From the IMG/VR virus record IMGVR_UViG_3300024351_000013: a stretch of 64,000 bases of DNA, one strand, 5' to 3'. The DNA is from a virus (lineage: Duplodnaviria; Caudoviricetes). How positions within the stretch are numbered: position 1 is the stretch's first letter; each line of letters opens with the position of its first letter. This document shows positions 8,605 to 18,404 of the stretch, piece by piece. The position numbers were made by a program, and so were the translations under genes. The notes beneath the pieces were generated by a model that saw only the letters and a list, made by a program, of their open reading frames with translations, made no database searches and was not told where the DNA came from.

Positions 8605-10317
8605 TCAGACCACCATACGCGAAAAACCTTTTACTTTCTCAAACTTTATGACACTTTCAAATCTGTCCTCAAGACCTGTCTTATGAGAGATAACAAAAAT
8701 GTTTGCGTCTTTAATCACATAACGAATAATCTTAAGGAACTCTTCAGTTCCAAATCCATCAAGTGAAGAATCAAACACCTCATCCATAATCAAAAGATTT
8801 GTATTGACGGAGTTCTTCATTCTTGCAACTTCTCTCCATGTGAAGAGTAGAGCAAGGTCAATTCTCATTTTCTCTCCTTCACTAAAGGAAGCATAAGAGA
8901 AATCTTCGTGAATAGGTGACTGGACGGTTTCGTTAAACTCCTCATCAAGTGTAAAGTTAATGTAGAAGTCCATCATCTGCAAATAGCGATTAACTTGCTG
9001 ATTGATGAGAGGCAAATACTTCTTGATGATTTTGGATTTTACTCCACCGTCTTTAAGTAAACTATACGAAAAATCGTAATAGTTGATTGTGTCTTTTTTA
9101 GAAGCGAGGTCGTCGTATGTAGTTTTTAAGTTGTCTCTGAAGGATTCTAACTTCTCATGTTCAGAATTTCGGTTTGCAAGGTTCTCGGTAAGAACTTGAA
9201 TTTCTGATTCAAGATTTCGGATTTGTCTCCGCAATCCATTAATCTTAATATTGTTTTGAGAAATGCCATTCGTTAATTTTGAAATCTCCTTCGACAGAGT
9301 ATTGAATTGACGCTCTCGCTCCTCTTCCTCTTTAATTGCCTCCTCTAGTTCTTTATACCCAGATTGCAACTCCTTTGCTTTAGATTGAGCGTCGTTAATT
9401 CTATTTATTCTGAAGGTCTCTTCAATGGATTGAGTGCAGGTGGGGCATACCGTATTCTCTGTGAAGAACTTATGCTCTTTAGTAATGGTAGATACTTTTT
9501 GTGAGATTTTACCTTTCAAGTTTCCCAACTTACGAAGTTTATCAGCATATCCAACTAACTTATCTTGCTCTCTAATATACTCATAAAGAGGTTCTTCTAA
9601 AGAACCATTTTCATCCATATGTTGTTGAATTTCTTTATCTAAATCGGAAATTTTCCGATTATTGTTATCAATACTTTCTTTTCCGCGATTCTCAAGTTCT
9701 TCGATAAACTCTTGTTGCATCTTAACCTTATCGAGCAAAGATTCTTTCTTTAAGTCAAGAACTTTAATATCTTCTTTTGCCTGACGAATCTTTTCTTTAA
9801 TTACCGCGTTCATTGAAGAGAAAATCTTAATATCAAGAAGATCTTCAATCACTTCACGACGATGAGCAGCAGAAAGTTGCATGAAAGGAACAAAAGTACT
9901 GGAACCCAAAATTACAATTTGAGTAAAAGACTTGTAGTTCATTTTAAGAACAGTCTGTTCAAACCACTTTTGTTGGTCTAGAGCAGCTGAAGACTGGTCT
10001 AAAGGAGTATCATTTCTCCAAATCTCAAACAGTGCCGGTTTTATTCCTCTTACAACTTTCCAATCAGTGTTTCCAATTGAAAACTCAACTTCAACTCTAC
10101 AATCCTTCTCATTTACAGAGTTGATTAGTTGTGGTTTATTAATCTTACGAAATGGTTTTCCAAATAAAGAAAATGTAAGTGCATCCAAAACGGTGCTTTT
10201 TCCAGCTCCGTTTGTGCCGACGATTAGATTAGTTTTATTTTCAGTAAAATCAACTTCCGTATATTGATTTCCAGTACTTAAGAAGTTTTTCCATCTAATA
10301 GTTTTAAATAAAATCAT
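8605..10317 (-). CDS. gp46: Recombination endonuclease ATPase subunit, SbcC/Rad50-like (T4 gp46)
   Basis: GTNGAGKS Walker A, CPTC zinc hook, FSEGEK signature, IMDEVFDSSLD. Confidence 0.96.
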   Translation of the reverse strand: MILFKTIRWKNFLSTGNQYTEVDFTENKTNLIVGTNGAGKSTVLDALTFSLFGKPFRKINKPQLINSVNEKDCRVEVEFSIGNTDWKVVRGIKPALFEIWRNDTPLDQSSAALDQQKWFEQTVLKMNYKSFTQIVILGSSTFVPFMQLSAAHRREVIEDLLDIKIFSSMNAVIKEKIRQAKEDIKVLDLKKESLLDKVKMQQEFIEELENRGKESIDNNNRKISDLDKEIQQHMDENGSLEEPLYEYIREQDKLVGYADKLRKLGNLKGKISQKVSTITKEHKFFTENTVCPTCTQSIEETFRINRINDAQSKAKELQSGYKELEEAIKEEEERERQFNTLSKEISKLTNGISQNNIKINGLRRQIRNLESEIQVLTENLANRNSEHEKLESFRDNLKTTYDDLASKKDTINYYDFSYSLLKDGGVKSKIIKKYLPLINQQVNRYLQMMDFYINFTLDEEFNETVQSPIHEDFSYASFSEGEKMRIDLALLFTWREVARMKNSVNTNLLIMDEVFDSSLDGFGTEEFLKIIRYVIKDANIFVISHKTGLEDRFESVIKFEKVKGFSRMVV

Positions 10318-10576
10318 GTTCAGTGTTTGGAGGAATTACAATATCATCAGGAGTAATAACAGTATACTGGTATCCATGCATTTCGCAAGTTTTTACCATT
10401 ACTTCATCTTCAATTTCAATTACATGCATTTCTGGAAATCCATCTTCCTCTAGCATCATAGCATATCGAGTAGCATCATCTTCTTCCTGAAAGAGATATA
10501 AAATGTGTTCTCCTTCATCGTCAATTACAGAATATGCACCCTCAGTTTCTTTGCCATTAATTGTTAAGATAAACAT
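10304..10576 (-). CDS. Conserved hypothetical protein (DUF3110-like)
   Basis: LYLFQEEDDATRYAMMLEE motif; position between gp47 and gp46. Confidence 0.7.
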   Translation of the reverse strand: MFILTINGKETEGAYSVIDDEGEHILYLFQEEDDATRYAMMLEEDGFPEMHVIEIEDEVMVKTCEMHGYQYTVITPDDIVIPPNTEHDFI

Positions 10577-11611
10577 TTAAATTAACTCACAAGCCTCTTG
10601 ATATATTTCTTGCATCATTTTTTGAATGATTGATTTATCAAGATTTATTTCAGCCTCCTGAATATATCTATTCAGAATGGAGATAGTGTCTTCACTTTCG
10701 AATGCTTCAAACTCTACAGGTTCCTGAATATCGAAGTTCTCAATAATTTTGAGTTCTGCAATATTTGAAGCGTAAAGTTTATCAACAAATTTTTCAAACT
10801 TCTTAGTGTCTGATTTCTTACGAACAACAACTTTTACAATCTTATTTTCATACTCGCGAGTATCAAATGTTTGATAATTTGTATCCTCATAATAAATGTT
10901 ATGAAACATCTTATAAGGATTATTGATTGGAGTATGTTCTAAAGTTTCTGTATCAAAGATAGTAAATCCACGAGTATCATTTACATCTGTCCAGTAAATC
11001 TCATAAGGATTTCCCAAGTAGAAAACAGTTCCATTATCAGAACGAGTGTGGTAATGACCAGAAAATACCTTAGAGAAGTCCTTAAAAAGATTTGCTTCCA
11101 GTCCATGTTCCATAATGATTTGACGGTTTACACGAAAACCTTGGAACTCAAGATGACCCATGGCAACTTTTGCCTTTGTTTTCTTAATCATTTTAAGTGA
11201 CTGCTCTTCATTTTCCACGCAAATCCAAGGAAGGAGAAGAACATCAAGATTTCCAACCTTGATTTCTGTTGGTGAAGAATATGTTTGAATATTAGGATAA
11301 TCTTTCAACAGAAGTTGAGGTGAATTTGTGTTGTTGGTATTTTTATAATAACTATCATGATTACCAACAATCATATGGACATGATATTTTTTGAGTGGTT
11401 CAAATACTACTCGTTTTGCCCACTCTAAACTTTGATAATCAATTGACTTTCTACTATCAAAAGCATCACCCATGTGAATAACTGTATCAATCCCGTACTG
11501 TTCCAGCGTCGGGAAAAACACATTCTTATAAAAAAGTTCAAAATAATCATGAAAAAGTTTTGAACCTTTTCTTGCACCGTAGTGAGTGTCTGTAATAATA
11601 GCGACTTTCAT
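10577..11611 (-). CDS. gp47: Recombination endonuclease nuclease subunit, Mre11-like (T4 gp47)
   Basis: Metallophosphoesterase motifs DTHYG, GDAFD, GNHD, SGHYH. Confidence 0.96.
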   Translation of the reverse strand: MKVAIITDTHYGARKGSKLFHDYFELFYKNVFFPTLEQYGIDTVIHMGDAFDSRKSIDYQSLEWAKRVVFEPLKKYHVHMIVGNHDSYYKNTNNTNSPQLLLKDYPNIQTYSSPTEIKVGNLDVLLLPWICVENEEQSLKMIKKTKAKVAMGHLEFQGFRVNRQIIMEHGLEANLFKDFSKVFSGHYHTRSDNGTVFYLGNPYEIYWTDVNDTRGFTIFDTETLEHTPINNPYKMFHNIYYEDTNYQTFDTREYENKIVKVVVRKKSDTKKFEKFVDKLYASNIAELKIIENFDIQEPVEFEAFESEDTISILNRYIQEAEINLDKSIIQKMMQEIYQEACELI

Positions 11612-12109
11612 TCAATAACGAAGTTTGGAGTGGACACCATCTTTGATGCTATTATAATCGGAATAGTTCCCGCCGTCAATAGTGTTGTCGTCAGCAAACA
11701 CTTCAGAAAATCCAGAGCGTTCAAGGATTTTGTTTTTGATTTCCAGTTGACGCTTCTCTCTTTGAATACGGCGAAGGAATGCGTAGTGAATGATTTGAGT
11801 AAAGTATGCAAAAGGATTTTGTGATTTCTCTGGATTGAAATTGTGAATGTACTGAACGCAGTTTTCAATACCGTCAGAAATCATATCTTCCTTGAACATG
11901 TAGTTCACGAAGTTTGGTTTGAAGGAAAGATGATTAGCGATCTTCAGAAAACACTCTCCAATGTAGCGAGGAATGGGAGGTTTTGGTTTATTCTGTAGAA
12001 GAGCGATTTCTTTATCTTCTCTATACTTAATGAGAGCAGCAAGAAACTCTTTGTTGTTTACGTAATGCTCTGACCTCTTTCTCTTGGTCATAACTGCTGT
12101 GGTTATCAT
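11612..12109 (-). CDS. gp55: Late-transcription sigma factor (T4 gp55)
   Basis: HYVNNKEFL...PRYIGECFLKIA...NF..YMFKEDMISDGIENC...NPFAYFTQI. Confidence 0.95.
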   Translation of the reverse strand: MITTAVMTKRKRSEHYVNNKEFLAALIKYREDKEIALLQNKPKPPIPRYIGECFLKIANHLSFKPNFVNYMFKEDMISDGIENCVQYIHNFNPEKSQNPFAYFTQIIHYAFLRRIQREKRQLEIKNKILERSGFSEVFADDNTIDGGNYSDYNSIKDGVHSKLRY

Positions 12110-12134
12110 AAGTTTTTATCATTATTATGTATAG

Positions 12135-12163
12135 ATTATACCATTTATGCAAATGCTTGACAA
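12135..12163 (-). promoter_or_regulatory. Sigma70-type promoter driving gp55
   Basis: Minus strand TTGTCA (12163-12158), 17-nt spacer, TATAAT (12140-12135). Confidence 0.75.
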
Positions 12164-12185
12164 GGTATCCAAATACCTGTACAAT
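12157..12185 (+). promoter_or_regulatory. Divergent antisense-oriented sigma70-type promoter with a palindrome in its spacer
   Basis: TTGACA (12157-12162), 17-nt spacer, TACAAT (12180-12185). The spacer holds the inverted repeat AGGTAT-ccaa-ATACCT. Confidence 0.6.
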
Positions 12186-12214
12186 AACCTTTGTCGGGGT
12201 TGATAAGTTATATC

Positions 12215-12607
12215 TTAGCTATTTTTATAAAGCTTCTCTAATATCTCTTTAGCATCGTTGACATTGGCAAGGTATCCCATTCTACGATTAAGTTTTGATT
12301 GATTCGTACCATCCTTACTTGAGTGGCGGACATAGGACTGGTACATCATGATCATTTCAATATCAGAAGATTCTGAAAGAGTGAGTACGTCTTCTAGATT
12401 AATTATAAACATATCTTCTTTGGTTGTTTTCAACCATGGTTCCAGTTTATATCCAACAACACTAGTTCTATTTTTGATTTCACAAATAGTAATTGGATTT
12501 GAAATGATTAATATTGTCCTATCTTCTTCTTCGGAAGCTGCTACTTTGGCAAAGATTTCTTCGCCTGTTTTTAACTTGATTGTGCAGTAAAAATCATCTT
12601 CTATCAT
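12215..12607 (-). CDS. Conserved T4-like phage hypothetical protein following uvsW
   Basis: TIKLKTGEEIFAKV, the same Sm-like start motif as ORF 884-1177. Confidence 0.7.
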   Translation of the reverse strand: MIEDDFYCTIKLKTGEEIFAKVAASEEEDRTILIISNPITICEIKNRTSVVGYKLEPWLKTTKEDMFIINLEDVLTLSESSDIEMIMMYQSYVRHSSKDGTNQSKLNRRMGYLANVNDAKEILEKLYKNS

Positions 12608-14070
12608 TTTTTCTTAAGTTGTATGGTGATTATTTCATAGTTAAAATTTTCTTCATTATAGATTTTAATTCTTTCAATGAGGTGATTCAGAGTATAATTT
12701 TTTCTTGAGTTATAAGTGCAGTCGTCTGAAATATCATAAAGTATTGCTTTTGTTTTGTTAGTTCCTTTTCTTAGTACTCTTCCAATACTTTGTAAATTTC
12801 TAATTCTTGATTTGCTTGGAGAGGCAAATATAACATTATGAAGATTTTTGATATTGATGCCAGTACTGAAAGTTCCGTAGGATGCTACGATTATGGCATT
12901 GTCTTCTCTTTCTGTAATTTCCCTAACTAATTCCCTCTCTTCAGTATCAACTCCACCATGAATAAAAAATACTTTACGATCATTTCGCTTGTTAGTATTT
13001 ATCTTTTCGTATAAAATTGCACCATGAGCTTCTACTCGTGAAAACAGAACAAGAGTGTTACCTTTTAAATCTAAAGAAAGATTTGTAATAAATTTATTTC
13101 TTTGGTCATGAGATATTAAGTATTGTATCTCATCTTCATAGGTTTCAAATTTTTGTGGAGCATGTTTGAGGACAAGGCAGCGAATATCTAATTGAGAAAT
13201 ATGTCCTTGCTGCATCAACTCATAAGTTCTAGTAACTTTATATGAAGGTCCAAAAAGTCCTTCAAGAACCCATTTGTGTGTTTGAGTTCCATCAAGAGTT
13301 CCAGTAAAACCAAAACGATATTTTGCATGATGAAGTTTGGTCATGATATCGACAAGAGATTTGCTCTTGAATAAGTGAGCTTCATCCCCTATGATTACGC
13401 CATAATCTTCAAAGAATGGGCGTTCTAGTTTATAGATAGATTGCCAGGTAGTGATAGTGACAGAATGTTTATTTGTCTTCTCTCTACCAGAATAAATTTT
13501 GTGACAGTATGACTCAGCATCCCAACCATAGTCTTCAAAATCCTTGTACATCTGCTCTACAAGAGATGTCGTTGGAACAACTAAAAGAATTTTTTGTCCT
13601 TTATCTACATAATACCTTACAAGGGAATAAATCATTAAGGATTTACCTGAGGCTGTGGGTGATATCAGCAATTTTCTATTATGCCTTAGAGCATCGTATA
13701 CTCCCTCTATTTGATAGTCTCTTGGAGAATGAGAACAAATAGATTGCATATAATCTTTTACACCTTCATATGAGATGCCCTCGTTAATTTCAAAAGGCAA
13801 TCCATAGAATTTATTTTCTTTAAACTCATAGGTGTAATTATGCAGTTTTAGTTTGTCGATAATTTTATCTAACAAACCAGCATATATTTCTCCAGTATGA
13901 GTACTTAACAATCGAATCTTGCCGTCCCAGTGCCTGCTTCTATACTGGGACATGAATTTCGCAGATTCAACTTCAAAAGTAAAATATGGTTGAAGTTCGT
14001 ACAAAATATGAGGTTCACAATGTAGCTTAATGTAAACCTCATTTTTCTTTTCAATGATTACATCACTCAT
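12604..14070 (-). CDS. uvsW: SF2 RNA-DNA/DNA-DNA helicase UvsW
   Basis: PRDYQ, SPTASGKS, DEAH, TGT, QSIGRVLR. Confidence 0.96.
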   Translation of the reverse strand: MSDVIIEKKNEVYIKLHCEPHILYELQPYFTFEVESAKFMSQYRSRHWDGKIRLLSTHTGEIYAGLLDKIIDKLKLHNYTYEFKENKFYGLPFEINEGISYEGVKDYMQSICSHSPRDYQIEGVYDALRHNRKLLISPTASGKSLMIYSLVRYYVDKGQKILLVVPTTSLVEQMYKDFEDYGWDAESYCHKIYSGREKTNKHSVTITTWQSIYKLERPFFEDYGVIIGDEAHLFKSKSLVDIMTKLHHAKYRFGFTGTLDGTQTHKWVLEGLFGPSYKVTRTYELMQQGHISQLDIRCLVLKHAPQKFETYEDEIQYLISHDQRNKFITNLSLDLKGNTLVLFSRVEAHGAILYEKINTNKRNDRKVFFIHGGVDTEERELVREITEREDNAIIVASYGTFSTGINIKNLHNVIFASPSKSRIRNLQSIGRVLRKGTNKTKAILYDISDDCTYNSRKNYTLNHLIERIKIYNEENFNYEIITIQLKKK

Positions 14071-14090
14071 AGCATTAATATTGCTATGAT

Positions 14091-14097
14091 TATTTAT
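14091..14097 (-). promoter_or_regulatory. Late promoter motif ATAAATA upstream of uvsW
   Basis: TATTTAT on + strand, 21 nt before the ATG. Confidence 0.55.
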
Positions 14098-14535
14098 TTA
14101 CCCAAGTCCAGCGTTAAATCTCATAAATTCAATTGCATTTTTAATTTGATAAGTTCTATTTTGAATCATCTTTAGAATACTTTCAATATAAGTCAACATT
14201 GTATCGTAGTAATCAATCTTCAGGCATACTGTCGAAAGTTTTTCATCAGCATCAAGATACTTTTGCATTGTGTCTTTATCACGAATCTTTTTGGGGAATG
14301 GATTTTCTACATATACCTCTGGATCTGATTTTCCAGAATAGTATTCATATCTTTCGTGACGAATATTTCTTTTCTGTTGCTCTGCTTTTTTTCTTAAAAG
14401 AAATATTGTATTGTATAAATCAAAATATTTTGCATGAAGAACTGGAATATTTGTGGACTCTGTGTGCAAATTATCCATATCAATTTTGGAGTCCTGCTCC
14501 CACATCTTTTGAATCATATCCAGATCAAAACTCAT
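14098..14535 (-). CDS. uvsY: Recombination mediator UvsY
   Basis: WEQDSKID..NLHTES..IPVLHAKY...RTYQIKNAIEF; adjacent to uvsW. Confidence 0.9.
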   Translation of the reverse strand: MSFDLDMIQKMWEQDSKIDMDNLHTESTNIPVLHAKYFDLYNTIFLLRKKAEQQKRNIRHERYEYYSGKSDPEVYVENPFPKKIRDKDTMQKYLDADEKLSTVCLKIDYYDTMLTYIESILKMIQNRTYQIKNAIEFMRFNAGLG

Positions 14536-15083
14536 AAGGGATTTCCACCAAGATCTACTATATTGTAAATAGTATACTTGAAAGATACGTCTGCTGTAAA
14601 GTATTGTACATCAGTTTGTGTTGCATCAAAACTTAAAGTTCCTAATGAGTATGGAAATAAATCTTTAAATGTAATTTGAAAATTTGGAATTGATGAACTT
14701 GTCAGTACTTGTAAAGTTCCATCGGAATATAATCCCATTTGTTTCTGGGATTCAATCTTTGGATTTATGAATCCGGTTTCTTGGAAATCGTAAATTTGTT
14801 CCAAACTTTCTGGATACCCAAGACCCCTCATCCAATTTTGAATTTCCATATAGTTTTGTAGATCTTCATCTACAAGAAATCTAAGAGTCAAATCTCCAAA
14901 TACAATTTTATCTCCTGGGACATCAATATCTTTTAGATACGATGGTTGAGATGCAAGACCAAGAGTTATTTCTGGAATATTTGCTGAATTGCAGAAGAAA
15001 GCAACTTTCGGAGTTCTCTTTAACGTAAATTTAAATCCTGTTGGAGATAGAAAATTCCTATTCTCTGGTTGTCCAATCGTCAT
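14532..15083 (-). CDS. gp3: Tail completion / tube terminator protein (T4 gp3)
   Basis: NRNFLSPTGFKF...FFCNSANIP...F.DLFP.SL. Start placed at ATG 15083 behind the late promoter motif at 15097-15103. Confidence 0.85.
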   Translation of the reverse strand: MTIGQPENRNFLSPTGFKFTLKRTPKVAFFCNSANIPEITLGLASQPSYLKDIDVPGDKIVFGDLTLRFLVDEDLQNYMEIQNWMRGLGYPESLEQIYDFQETGFINPKIESQKQMGLYSDGTLQVLTSSSIPNFQITFKDLFPYSLGTLSFDATQTDVQYFTADVSFKYTIYNIVDLGGNPL

Positions 15084-15099
15084 GGTATTTTTTAAATAT

Positions 15100-15576
15100 T
15101 TAGATAACTCTTTCCCATCTACTGCCAGGACCATTATATTTTATAGACCTGCTTATACTACTTTCCAATACTCCAGTATCTTTCCTTGCTTCTTTCATAG
15201 ACGAATAAACTTTTTCAGTTTTTTTATCTTTGACTGATACAATTCTTGATTGTCTTGTCGCTTCTTTTACATGCTCTGGGCACGAACGACCAAGAGTTCC
15301 TCCGTCTCCTCCTAAAGTGGCATTATACTGTGGTTTTAGTTTATCTATCCAATAAATTTCTCTTTCTCCATTATTATATTCTTCAGTTTGTTCTATTATT
15401 TCCCATGTAAAGTTATCTCTTCCATATTTACGTAAAGCATTTGGAAATGGTGCATTACTATTTTTATTAAAAGCATACCACCAGTGTTTATATTCTCTAT
15501 TTTCAATAGGACCTTTACATCTACCTATATAAAATTTATTATTAATTTTATTAGTTGATTTGTAAATATAAAACAT
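15100..15576 (-). mobile_element. Free-standing GIY-YIG homing endonuclease (Seg-like) with NUMOD-like C-terminus, 158 aa
   Basis: True start at ATG 15576: MFYIYKSTNKINNKFYIGRC...R...E.E..WI...YN, then EHVKEATRQS and VYSSMKEARKDTGV..SSISRS helix motifs. The upstream part of the 272-aa track ORF is an off-frame overlap with gp23. Confidence 0.85.
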
Positions 15577-15599
15577 ATCACGGAAGTTTTTAACTATAG

Positions 15600-15607
15600 T
15601 ATTTATA
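15600..15607 (-). promoter_or_regulatory. Perfect T4 late promoter TATAAATA upstream of the GIY-YIG gene
   Basis: TATTTATA on + strand, 24 nt upstream of ATG 15576. Confidence 0.8.
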
Positions 15608-15634
15608 AAAAAAGAGGACCTTTTTGAGGTCCTC
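15607..15634 (-). terminator. Rho-independent terminator after gp23
   Basis: Stem GAGGACC/GGTCCTC (15614-15620, 15628-15634) with a U7 tract on the minus strand. Confidence 0.85.
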
Positions 15635-15655
15635 CAAGTAATCTCCATATGAGAT

Positions 15656-17101
15656 TTACATGAGATTTTTGACCGCAACTCTACGATAGTAACGGTTAGC
15701 GTTAACGGTAAGACTACCGAGACCCTGGTTCTTGCCTTCAGCGAATGGGTTAGCAACAAGACCGTAGCGGGTCTTAAAGCCAATTTTGGGCTGGAAGCTG
15801 TTCTCACCAACGGCACGAACCATTTGGAGAGGAACATATGGGCAATAGAAGAGACCAGCATCATAAGGTGAAGAACCCTTATAACCAACAACATAGTACT
15901 GGTTACCTGGAGTCTCATTACCTGAAGTCAGGTTAGATGCATATGGGTCAATATATACGCGGAACTTGCCCATTAGAGTACCAGCAAAAGTATTGCCAGT
16001 GTCATCAACGGTTAGGTTAGCGTTGAGTGCAGGGGTGTAATCGAGAACACCAGCCATGGTCAGTGCTGAAGCAACGTCAGCAGAGCACATGATGATGTTG
16101 CCCTTTCCGCGACGAGTTCTTTGTGCGATTGCGTTAGCATCACGCTCGATTTGGAATAGAAGACCCTTGAACTTCTCAACGGACCAACGACCATTTGAGT
16201 CAATGTCGAGGTCGAAGATACCTGGGGTTGCAACGTTTTGTGCAGCACCCTGTTCAGCAACCTTGTAGATGGTACGAATAACTTCGCGGTTGATCTCTGC
16301 AAGAATCTCAGTTGAGAGAATATTTGCGAGTTCCGCTTCAGCATTCAGACCATGGATTGCCTTCAGGTCTTGAGCAAGCTCAAGGCTGTACTCTGCTTTC
16401 AGAGCGCGGCTCTTAGCAGTAACAGTGACCTTCTCGATTGAGAAAGCCATCTGATTGAAGTGATCACCATCTACTCCGTCGCCAAGGGCTTCTGCGTCAT
16501 TAGTACGCATTCCTTGACCGACATTATAAGCAGAAGTGGTTGCACTGCTAACTGGGTTGAGAACAGATGGGTTCGAACCCTTCTGAGTCGTTGTACCCAT
16601 ACCAGCGGCAACATCGCTGAATCCACCGGTAGCATCGAATGCTGAATTGTTTCCGGAGAATCCAGTATCTACTTCATCATAGAAGGTTTCAGAGCCACTC
16701 TGGTTAGTGTAGCGTGAACGCATTGCGAAGATAAGACCAGTAGGACCGCTCATTGGTTGAACGCCAGCGAGGTCATAAGCGACCAGGTTAGGCATTGAAC
16801 GACGAATGAGTGAAATCAGAACTGGATCGAAACCTGCGGTAGGACCACCAGCAGCAGCACCGCCACTGAATCCGTGTGCAGATGCACCAGCAGCTCCGTA
16901 TGAACCGGTAGCGTTGGTTGGTGCTTCCATCAGGTTGGTAATACCACCTGTGTTAAATGCTGATTCCTCTCTTAGGAATTTTTCTTGGTTTTCGAGCAGG
17001 ACAGCGGTTACAGCTCTACGATGAGAATCTCTGATTGGATCAAGACCCTGATAGTCTAAGAGTGGTGCCCACTTTTCCTGCAGATGCTCGGAATGGAACA
17101 T
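15656..17101 (-). CDS. gp23: Major capsid protein (T4 gp23)
   Basis: GFDPVLISLIRR, GVQPMSGPTGLIFAMR, LKAEYSLELAQDLKAIHG, GLFYCPYVPL, KTRYGL. Confidence 0.98.
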   Translation of the reverse strand: MFHSEHLQEKWAPLLDYQGLDPIRDSHRRAVTAVLLENQEKFLREESAFNTGGITNLMEAPTNATGSYGAAGASAHGFSGGAAAGGPTAGFDPVLISLIRRSMPNLVAYDLAGVQPMSGPTGLIFAMRSRYTNQSGSETFYDEVDTGFSGNNSAFDATGGFSDVAAGMGTTTQKGSNPSVLNPVSSATTSAYNVGQGMRTNDAEALGDGVDGDHFNQMAFSIEKVTVTAKSRALKAEYSLELAQDLKAIHGLNAEAELANILSTEILAEINREVIRTIYKVAEQGAAQNVATPGIFDLDIDSNGRWSVEKFKGLLFQIERDANAIAQRTRRGKGNIIMCSADVASALTMAGVLDYTPALNANLTVDDTGNTFAGTLMGKFRVYIDPYASNLTSGNETPGNQYYVVGYKGSSPYDAGLFYCPYVPLQMVRAVGENSFQPKIGFKTRYGLVANPFAEGKNQGLGSLTVNANRYYRRVAVKNLM

Positions 17102-17161
17102 TTGCTTTTACCTTTTTACTAAGTGTTTGTTTTTTTTGGGTTTGAATTATATTAAATTCAA

Positions 17162-18349
17162 TTATTTGCCAAATGCTGAAAGCGTTCTTAGATATGCAGC
17201 CATTGAATCCGAATAAGATTCGGGCGCAACGTCAGCACCTTCGGACAGTGTTTCAGTCTTAGCAGATGGAGATACAACTCTTGAAGGGAAATATGATTCC
17301 TTCAAAGTCTCCAGTTTTTCACGATATTCTTCTTCACTTTCAAACTCAACACTTTCGGCAAGTGAAGCGAGCTTGTCTTTCTGAGTGTCTGCAAGACCAT
17401 CAGCGACCTGTTCAAAGATTCCATCAGCAACCGACTCTGCGAGACGCTTGTTGAGTGAAACGTTCTTCTCAATCTGCTCGTTGAGTTTTGTCTCCATTTC
17501 ATCAAGTTTATCTACCATGCTCTCAAGCACATCATATTTATCTTCAGGGATTGATACATAATGTTCTTCAAAAAGACCCTTCATTCCTTGGAGGAATGAT
17601 TCGGTCATTTCGGTCTTAAGACCTTGCTCAATAACGAGTGCATTTTCTTGCATCCACTCGTCAGCAACATACTCAAGATAAGCGTCTACACGCTCAGCAA
17701 GCTCAGTCTTAATTTCTTCTACTTCCTCTGCAAGTGCAGTGGCATACTGCTCTTCAAGTGCCTCTTGAATATCGGCAACTTTTGAACGAAGAGCTGCTTC
17801 GAAGATAGTGCGTGCTTTCTCTTGGAATTCCTCAGAAAGCTCCTCACCTTCAAGTAGAGCATTGACATCTTCTTCGATATCAAACTCTTCCTTCATGTCT
17901 TCTTCATCCTCATCCTCATCTTCTTCTTCGTCTTCGTCTTCTTCTTTCTTTGCTTTTTTCTTGGGTGTTTCTTCCTCTTCTTCCGCAGCCTCAGCAACTA
18001 CTTCTTCTTCCTCACCCTCTTCAATCTCTTCTTCGATTAAATCTTCATCTTCGAGTTCTTCCTCTTCTTTGTGAAGACCCTTCATTGGATCTGCACCTTT
18101 AGCACCTTTGTTGACAACATCTCTTACTTGCTTAAGAGTTGCGCCAGGTGTCTTAAGTTTTGCAGAATCGTCATCAGGACGATAATTAGAAGGATCGGGA
18201 CCACCAAGATCTTCCCAACCAGCAGTTTGACCATCAGGAATTCCTGTGGTTAGTTTTGGCATCGCTTCCGCCGCTTTAGCATTTGCATTAACAGCGGTTC
18301 GGGATTGCTTTGTGCCTACTTCCATTTCTTGTAAATCTCCACGAGACAT
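17162..18349 (-). CDS. gp22: Prohead core scaffold protein (T4 gp22)
   Basis: Acidic coiled-coil, ELSEEFQEKARTIFEAA, VDAYLEYV..EW; position between gp21 and gp23. Confidence 0.92.
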   Translation of the reverse strand: MSRGDLQEMEVGTKQSRTAVNANAKAAEAMPKLTTGIPDGQTAGWEDLGGPDPSNYRPDDDSAKLKTPGATLKQVRDVVNKGAKGADPMKGLHKEEEELEDEDLIEEEIEEGEEEEVVAEAAEEEEETPKKKAKKEEDEDEEEDEDEDEEDMKEEFDIEEDVNALLEGEELSEEFQEKARTIFEAALRSKVADIQEALEEQYATALAEEVEEIKTELAERVDAYLEYVADEWMQENALVIEQGLKTEMTESFLQGMKGLFEEHYVSIPEDKYDVLESMVDKLDEMETKLNEQIEKNVSLNKRLAESVADGIFEQVADGLADTQKDKLASLAESVEFESEEEYREKLETLKESYFPSRVVSPSAKTETLSEGADVAPESYSDSMAAYLRTLSAFGK

Positions 18350-18382
18350 TTGAACTCTCCGTTTAACCTTAGTTATAAACTA

Positions 18383-18394
18383 TATTTATTTATA
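18383..18394 (-). promoter_or_regulatory. Tandem late promoter motifs (TATAAATAAATA) upstream of gp22
   Basis: TATTTATTTATA on + strand. Confidence 0.75.
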
Positions 18395-18404
18395 AATTAA
18401 CAAA

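Noticed and set aside
15577-15918. N-terminal extension of the 272-aa GIY-YIG ORF
   Set aside because: It overlaps gp23 in another frame and crosses the terminator and late promoter; the real start is ATG 15576.
17808-18074. Poly-Ser plus-strand ORF
   Set aside because: Reverse complement of the Glu/Asp-rich tract of gp22.
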